A DNA stretch of 64,000 nucleotides from an uncultured bacterium. Its GTDB lineage: Bacteria; Babelota; Babeliae; Babelales; Babelaceae. The notes under the pieces were generated by a model. It worked only from the letters and a program-made list of their open reading frames with translations, did no database searches and was not told where the DNA came from. Below are positions 58,412 through 64,000 of the stretch, in pieces. The translations under genes and the position numbers were made by a program. Position 1 is the first letter of the stretch. Each line of letters begins with the position of its first letter. The DNA is taken from positions 416,001-480,000 of the forward strand of contig CAWKFG010000001.1 of the NCBI GenBank assembly GCA_963848965.1. The letters are read 5' to 3'.

Positions 58412-58546
58412 AAGATCGCCAAGGCGTAAAAATACTTCTTCAAGACCTCTCTAGTATTTACTTTTGTTTTTGTTTCTTTATACTGAACAAAGTATATAGT
58501 TATATTTTATGTTTGCATTTGTATTTGTGATAATAAGGGTAATGCA

Positions 58547-60703
58547 ATGTTATTACGTATTTTATTTTGTGCCATTATTTTTTCCGCTTCTTATTCGTTT
58601 AGTATGAAACGAGAAGCACCAGAGAAAGATAAAGGGCCGCAGAAAAAAGAAGCAAAGATTGCTGATGATAATAGAACTCAGTTAACTAACCGATTAATAG
58701 CTGCTGCTGAAATAGGGGATAGAGAGAAAATACAAAAGTGCTTAGAGCAAGGAGTGTCTGTCAATAGTTGTGACTCTGATGGTACTACTGCGCTTATGAG
58801 AGCCGTAGATACTGGTCGTTTGATGGCAATTCAGTTTTTGTGTGAGCATGGAGCTGATGTTAACGTGCAAAATCAAAAGGGATTTACCCCGTTAATCAAT
58901 GCCCTTATGAGAGGAGAGATAGACATAATACACTATTTGCTTGATAAAGGAGCTTGTTGTAATACACAGCGTAAAAAGCGAAAAGAAACTCCGCTTATGA
59001 TAGCTATCGAATTTGATTGTGATGAAAGTATACCACTACTTTTGCGTGCTGGTGCAGATGTTGACGCAAAAGATAAGAATGGTAATACTGCTTTAACGTA
59101 TGCTCTTATGAAAGGAGATGAAGAGACAGTCTCTCTTCTTTTAAAGCATAATACCTATGTTGATGCTCAAACGAATGAAGGAGATACTGCGCTTATGGTA
59201 GCAGCTAAATGTGGTTCTTATGCTTGTGTAAAACTTTTTATTGCAGCTGGTGCTTCAATTAATATGTGTAATAATAAGGGAATGAGTTCACTGATGATTG
59301 CTGCGCAAGAAGGACATAAGAATATAGTTGAGTTGCTTATAAGCCTAGGAGCTGATAGTGAGATATCTGATAATGGAGGGTATACTGCACTCATGATAGC
59401 TGTTACAAATGAACGAGAAGACATTGTACGATTGTTGCTTGCTCATAAGGCACATGTTAATAAAGCATCTTTGTCAGGAGAAACTGCTCTTTATATAGCA
59501 GTAGATCAAGACTATGTACCATTGATTGAACTGCTTATTGCTCATGGAGCACAAGTAAATACTGAAAGTCTGGTATGCAACCCTCTGCTTGCTGCAGTAG
59601 CGCGAGGAAATAAAACAATAGTACAATGTCTTTTAAATGCAGGTGCTGACGTTAATGTGCGCGATGAGCAGGGTAATACAGCATTATTATATGTAGTAAA
59701 GTCTAGCTCTACAGCTATTGCTTTACTTCTTATAGCAGCTCCTGCTATAGATCTTTCTCTTGCAAATAGTAGTGGAATAACCGCTTTTATTTTAGCTGTT
59801 TCTTTAGGCAGAGGTGAAATAGTAAAAGCTCTTCTTGCAAAAGGTGCATGTGATCTTTCTCAAAAAGAAGCACTGGAAACTGCATTTAAACATGCAATAG
59901 CAGGTGGTCATATAGATGTTATAGCACAGCTTATTGCATATGGAGTACCTTATAGTACGCGGGTTAATGATACTGAAGTTATGTATCCCTATAGAAGTGT
60001 TATACAAGAATGTATTGGGCACGCTCTCTTTGCAGATGCTTTTGATACAGAAGAAAAAGTAAGTGAAGAAGTAAAAAAGAACTATAAAGATGTACTGATA
60101 CTTTTAAAGCTTTTTGAACGAGCAGATCTTCAAGATTACCTTAAAGATGTGCAAACATTTAAGGAATCTGCACAGGGGTTTTCATTACTTACAAAGCTTA
60201 AAAGAAGCGATCTTCACCAGACAATGCTTATGTTTGCAGCTTTAGCTGGTCATGCTGAAGTGATTGAAAATCTTTTATCATTAAAATTGCCGTCATATTA
60301 TTGTAATGCACAGGACAAATCTGGCAGAACAGCATTGATGTATGCTCTTCTGTGTAATCATACTGATTGTATAAAAAAGCTTCTTGCATGGCATATACAA
60401 GAGGTAAACCGTATACAAATACAGTACAAAGATGATCCAGAAGCAGAACAAAAAGCTCTTGCTTGTTTAGGTATAAATTTAGCTGATAGAAATGACGATA
60501 CTGCTCTCTGTTATGCTGTAAAAAAGGGAAATCGTACTATAATACGAGATCTGCTTGCTGCTGGAGCACGCCCTACAGTACGCGCAGTAAAGTTAGCGGC
60601 AAATCTGGGTGACGTACACTTGACTATAGAGCTTCTTGCACGTATGAGTGGTTTTGCGCGAAATGCAACTCCCTTTAGCATGTTTCCTGGACTCTTTAAA
60701 TAA
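58547..60703 (+). CDS. Large secreted ankyrin repeat protein
   Basis: ...SFS|MKR; more than 12 ankyrin repeats. Confidence 0.93.
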   Translation: MLLRILFCAIIFSASYSFSMKREAPEKDKGPQKKEAKIADDNRTQLTNRLIAAAEIGDREKIQKCLEQGVSVNSCDSDGTTALMRAVDTGRLMAIQFLCEHGADVNVQNQKGFTPLINALMRGEIDIIHYLLDKGACCNTQRKKRKETPLMIAIEFDCDESIPLLLRAGADVDAKDKNGNTALTYALMKGDEETVSLLLKHNTYVDAQTNEGDTALMVAAKCGSYACVKLFIAAGASINMCNNKGMSSLMIAAQEGHKNIVELLISLGADSEISDNGGYTALMIAVTNEREDIVRLLLAHKAHVNKASLSGETALYIAVDQDYVPLIELLIAHGAQVNTESLVCNPLLAAVARGNKTIVQCLLNAGADVNVRDEQGNTALLYVVKSSSTAIALLLIAAPAIDLSLANSSGITAFILAVSLGRGEIVKALLAKGACDLSQKEALETAFKHAIAGGHIDVIAQLIAYGVPYSTRVNDTEVMYPYRSVIQECIGHALFADAFDTEEKVSEEVKKNYKDVLILLKLFERADLQDYLKDVQTFKESAQGFSLLTKLKRSDLHQTMLMFAALAGHAEVIENLLSLKLPSYYCNAQDKSGRTALMYALLCNHTDCIKKLLAWHIQEVNRIQIQYKDDPEAEQKALACLGINLADRNDDTALCYAVKKGNRTIIRDLLAAGARPTVRAVKLAANLGDVHLTIELLARMSGFARNATPFSMFPGLFK

Positions 60704-61775
60704 CGTTTTTTTGAGAATTACATGTGGTGTTATCATAAGAAAGTAAAGCAGGAGCTGGATTGACTTGCAGCTCGCGACGATACTTTCTATGATGGGTAAG
60801 TTTGTCAGTAAGACATTTCCATGCAAGTTGACAGTACCATGAAGAATAACTGTCGTATATAAGAGGCTTTTTGAGACCTACCATAGTAGGAAAGTGTTCT
60901 GTATCGATAAGCACTACCATAAGCGTTTTTTTCTCAACCATAAAATTGTCTGCATGTGCATCTATACTATTATCTAAATAATGAGCAAGTTGTAGTGCAA
61001 GCTCGCGCTCCTGTTTGTTAAAGATGCTGAGCGTTTTTTCACTTTCAATAGCATCTGCAATAATGCCATAAACTGATGGTAGAATCACTGTTTGCAGTGG
61101 TTTTGTGCCAATATTTTTGCCAGTAAGCTCAAACCAGCGACCATCTGTTGGAGTCCAAAACCATTTACGAGGTGTATCAACTCTGGTAGACCAATAAGGA
61201 CTTCGATCAATCTTTTGCTTAATAAGCTCAAGGTTTCTAATACGAGTAAATCCCGATAGATACCGATTAATACCTCCTCCCATAATGAAGAAGCATGAAG
61301 GAACCCATCCTTCAGAAAAGGGTTTTACGAAGGTTTCGGGAGTTTTGATAAAAAGTTTAAGAACAAAAGGATATTTTTTATATTTAAAGATAGCAGTACC
61401 TGAGACGGTACGCCCATTAAAGTCCTCATTTTTTAGTACCTTAAAATGCGTAAATGTTGTTTTTTTATCGGTAATCTCTTTTACCAGATGCTCTGCAAGC
61501 ATATGCAATCGTTTGCCGGATACTTTTTTGTTTTTGTCGTATCTGTAATAAATGGGCCCTTTTGGTAAGAGATGTTTAAAAAAGTAATCTTTATTAAATT
61601 TCGTAAATAGTGCTTGTTCTTCAAGATGGTAATCACGTAAATGATATGTTTTTGTTTCATCTGTCCAGCGTGTTATAATTTCGGGTATAAGAGGATCTTG
61701 TGGGCGTAAAACACTTCTTTGTGCTTGTAAAACGCTCCCTATTATAAGAAAAAAAAGTAAGGGTAAATACTTCAT
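60696..61775 (-). CDS. Secreted atypical protein-kinase-like protein
   Basis: FVLKLF, IDAHADNFMV, VLIDTEH; signal peptide; motif order shared with 25684..26763. Confidence 0.6.
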   Translation of the reverse strand: MKYLPLLFFLIIGSVLQAQRSVLRPQDPLIPEIITRWTDETKTYHLRDYHLEEQALFTKFNKDYFFKHLLPKGPIYYRYDKNKKVSGKRLHMLAEHLVKEITDKKTTFTHFKVLKNEDFNGRTVSGTAIFKYKKYPFVLKLFIKTPETFVKPFSEGWVPSCFFIMGGGINRYLSGFTRIRNLELIKQKIDRSPYWSTRVDTPRKWFWTPTDGRWFELTGKNIGTKPLQTVILPSVYGIIADAIESEKTLSIFNKQERELALQLAHYLDNSIDAHADNFMVEKKTLMVVLIDTEHFPTMVGLKKPLIYDSYSSWYCQLAWKCLTDKLTHHRKYRRELQVNPAPALLSYDNTTCNSQKNVI

Positions 61776-61941
61776 AGTGCTCCTTTTTTGCTAGAGTATC
61801 ATGGGTTGCCTTAAGAGAGCAAGAGTGAAATGGGGTTGATTTTTTTTTTATTTGTCTGTTAATATGAGAGCTGAAAAAGGACATGCGGTTATTGTGCATG
61901 AAGTTGAAGGTATAACAGTTTTAAAGGATAGGGTGCTAGTT

Positions 61942-62466
61942 ATGGAGCGAAAAGATGTGTCCCCACGTTATCAAGAAATGCTTAAATGCTTTACTCATTT
62001 ACCACAAAAGATTTTATCTTTGCAGGGTATTGATAACATGACAGAATTTGTTCTTCATACGCTGTGTGATGAAGGATGTCTTAATTTGGTAAAAGCAGCT
62101 TACTTTATTGATAACCCCGATTTTAATTGCTTAAAAGGGGTTGCTGGATTTGATAAATCAGAAGAGTATCATACAAAAAATAACCTATCGGATCACACAT
62201 CTTTTAAAAGCCATCTTTCAAGTTGTGCCTTTAATCAACAAGTGCGAACCATTAATAAACCAAGTTTTAAACGACAAGAACATTCACAAGAAGAAGTAGT
62301 AAAAAGACTTGCTACTGAATTAGGTATGCGTAATCCTCTCTCTTACTCATGGACAATAAAACATGATAATTATGGGTTGCTTCTTTTTGAACGTACTTTT
62401 GAAGAAGAATCTCATGAAGAATTTCTTAATGGACTATCACTTCTTGGCTTTTGCCCTGTATGCTAA
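61942..62466 (+). CDS. Hypothetical protein, possibly GAF-like
   Basis: KAAYFID..LKGVAG...YGLLLFE pattern; likely start at 61942 (ORF open from 61852). Confidence 0.65.
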   Translation: MERKDVSPRYQEMLKCFTHLPQKILSLQGIDNMTEFVLHTLCDEGCLNLVKAAYFIDNPDFNCLKGVAGFDKSEEYHTKNNLSDHTSFKSHLSSCAFNQQVRTINKPSFKRQEHSQEEVVKRLATELGMRNPLSYSWTIKHDNYGLLLFERTFEEESHEEFLNGLSLLGFCPVC

Positions 62467-62711
62467 AAGTTAAGGCAAGGGCTCTTTTAAATATAATTCT
62501 ATACACGTAAAAGCTCATTGCTCAAGCCATTTTATAAGGTAAGACAATGAGCTTCATTACACTCCGAGTTTCAAACTGTTTTCTATCATGTATCGAGACT
62601 TTTGTTCTGTCTATCAAAGTTCTTTTCAGAACATAGGTAACAGACCATTAATTTTATTGCAATTAGAAATAAAAATTTGGTATGCTCAAAAATGAAGAGA
62701 AGGAGAGTGTA

Positions 62712-62834
62712 ATGAAGCAGAAGAAGAAGTCAAATTTTAAGCCTAAAAAGGTAAAAATAGTAAAGGTAAATAAAGCACAAGAGCCAACGATTCCTCGGGG
62801 AGAAAGATTTGGCAAGCGTTGGTTACCGTACTAA
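62712..62834 (+). CDS. Small basic peptide (40 aa; not in ORF track)
   Basis: AGGAG RBS; MKQKKKSNFKPKKVKIVKVNKAQEPTIPRGERFGKRWLPY*; stop overlaps the pgk stop. Confidence 0.45.
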   Translation: MKQKKKSNFKPKKVKIVKVNKAQEPTIPRGERFGKRWLPY

Positions 62835-64000
62835 GATTGGAGAGCAAGAAGCCCTGGCAATTCTTTATGGCTTAAATATGCAAGTAAAGAACCTCCTCCA
62901 CTGGAGCAAAAACTTATGTCCTGTTCAAGGCCATAATGATATACTGCTGCAACCGACTCCCCCCCGCCAATCATACTATATGCAGTAGATTGTGCGATGG
63001 TTCGCAGCAGTATATGCATACTCTCAAGACTTACTGGTTGCTCTTCAATTCCCATACTCCCATTAAGAACAATGGTTCTTGCATGAGATATCTCTTGCGC
63101 GTAAAGTTCTAGCGTTTTTGGCCCTACACTGAGTCCAATACCATTTTCTGGAATAGCATCTGCAGCGACAATTTCTGTTGATCCTCCAAGAGTATTATGC
63201 GCTATAAGATAATCGAGAGGAAACAATAGTTTCACATGCAGTCTTTCTGCTTCTTTCATAATAGTATCTGCTTGTGTGATAAGAGAATCTTCAACAAGAG
63301 ATTGTCCTACAGGATAGCCTTGTGCTTTTAAAAAGGTAAATGACAGAGCGGGTCCTACTGCTAGTGTGTCAACAAAAGAAAGTAGTTCTTCTATAAGAGG
63401 AAGTTTATCTTTAACTTTGCCTCCTGCTAAAAATACAAGAAAGGGCTTGTGTCGATGTGTACGCAAATGCTCAAGGACAGAAAGCTCTTTTTCTACTAAA
63501 AGACCAATAGTTTTTCTCGTGCTTGGATAAAGTTGTGGTAATACTGTAATAGAGGTATCATTTCTGTGTAATAATCCAAAGGCATCATTTATATAATAGT
63601 CTGCTAAGCTAGCAAGGTCCTGTGCAAATGCATTTGTTGGTTGTTTTTCATGCGGCGAAAAGCGTAAATTCTCGAGCATAAGAAGTTCTCCAGGTTTGAG
63701 CTTTTGTGCGTAGCGCGCTGCTTCTTCTAATGTTGCAGCAAAAAAAACTGTATAAGCATGATCTTTAAACCATGGTATAAGATGTGCAGTAGAAAATCGC
63801 TCATCATAGCCAGTCGGACGATCTATATGAGTGCCAATAATAATACGAGCACCTTCGGCAATTAAAAGATCAAGCGTCGGTTGTACTGCTTTAAGACGAA
63901 AGTCATCTTCTATTCTGCCATTTTCTACAGGAACATTTAAATCTGCTCGTACAAACACGCGCTCGTTCTGAACAAACAGCAATGGAAGTTGAGAGTGCAT
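62831..64000 (-). CDS. pgk: Phosphoglycerate kinase (true start may lie beyond the window)
   Basis: VRADLNVP, DDFRL, LENLRF, YINDAFG..HR, GGKV.DK, GGGES, SSGGGS. Confidence 0.96.
   Translation of the reverse strand: MHSQLPLLFVQNERVFVRADLNVPVENGRIEDDFRLKAVQPTLDLLIAEGARIIIGTHIDRPTGYDERFSTAHLIPWFKDHAYTVFFAATLEEAARYAQKLKPGELLMLENLRFSPHEKQPTNAFAQDLASLADYYINDAFGLLHRNDTSITVLPQLYPSTRKTIGLLVEKELSVLEHLRTHRHKPFLVFLAGGKVKDKLPLIEELLSFVDTLAVGPALSFTFLKAQGYPVGQSLVEDSLITQADTIMKEAERLHVKLLFPLDYLIAHNTLGGSTEIVAADAIPENGIGLSVGPKTLELYAQEISHARTIVLNGSMGIEEQPVSLESMHILLRTIAQSTAYSMIGGGESVAAVYHYGLEQDISFCSSGGGSLLAYLSHKELPGLLALQS

Noticed and set aside
1..64000. CRISPR array, integrase, transposase or prophage genes
   Set aside because: No regularly spaced direct repeats and no recognisable cas, recombinase, transposase or phage structural ORFs were seen

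Overview
AT-rich bacterial window dominated by predicted secreted proteins carrying eukaryote-like domains: ankyrin, WD40, TPR, LRR, F-box-like, RING-H2, zf-MYND, dual-specificity phosphatases, PI-PLC and kinase-like folds. These are interspersed with a few housekeeping genes (tRNA-Arg(CCT), psd, pssA, dnaA, pgk), small detoxification/regulatory modules and gene remnants. The gene content suggests an intracellular protist-associated bacterium such as Dependentiae/Babelota (TM6); this is inference only. The main observation is two paralogous ~50-aa small ORFs 16 kb apart (16532..16687 + and 32461..32619 -; the second is absent from the ORF track). Both read like lasso-peptide precursors (LGxAxxLTL|G leader, Gly1/Glu9 core). 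One lies next to an ABC-2 exporter, and no lasso cyclase or peptidase is visible in the window. Other notable patterns: about 16 secreted proteins have Met at the predicted +1 position after the signal peptide; an F-box-like plus unnamed helical module is shared by ankyrin proteins, one of which also has a RING-H2; there is a secreted 2H phosphoesterase, a ComEC-type MBL-LRR-WD40 fusion, an EreA/ChaN-like plus MYND protein, two related atypical kinase-like proteins, and a triplicated secreted phosphatase array lying between a tRNA and a degenerate tRNA 5' half. All calls were made by eye; no database searches were run.
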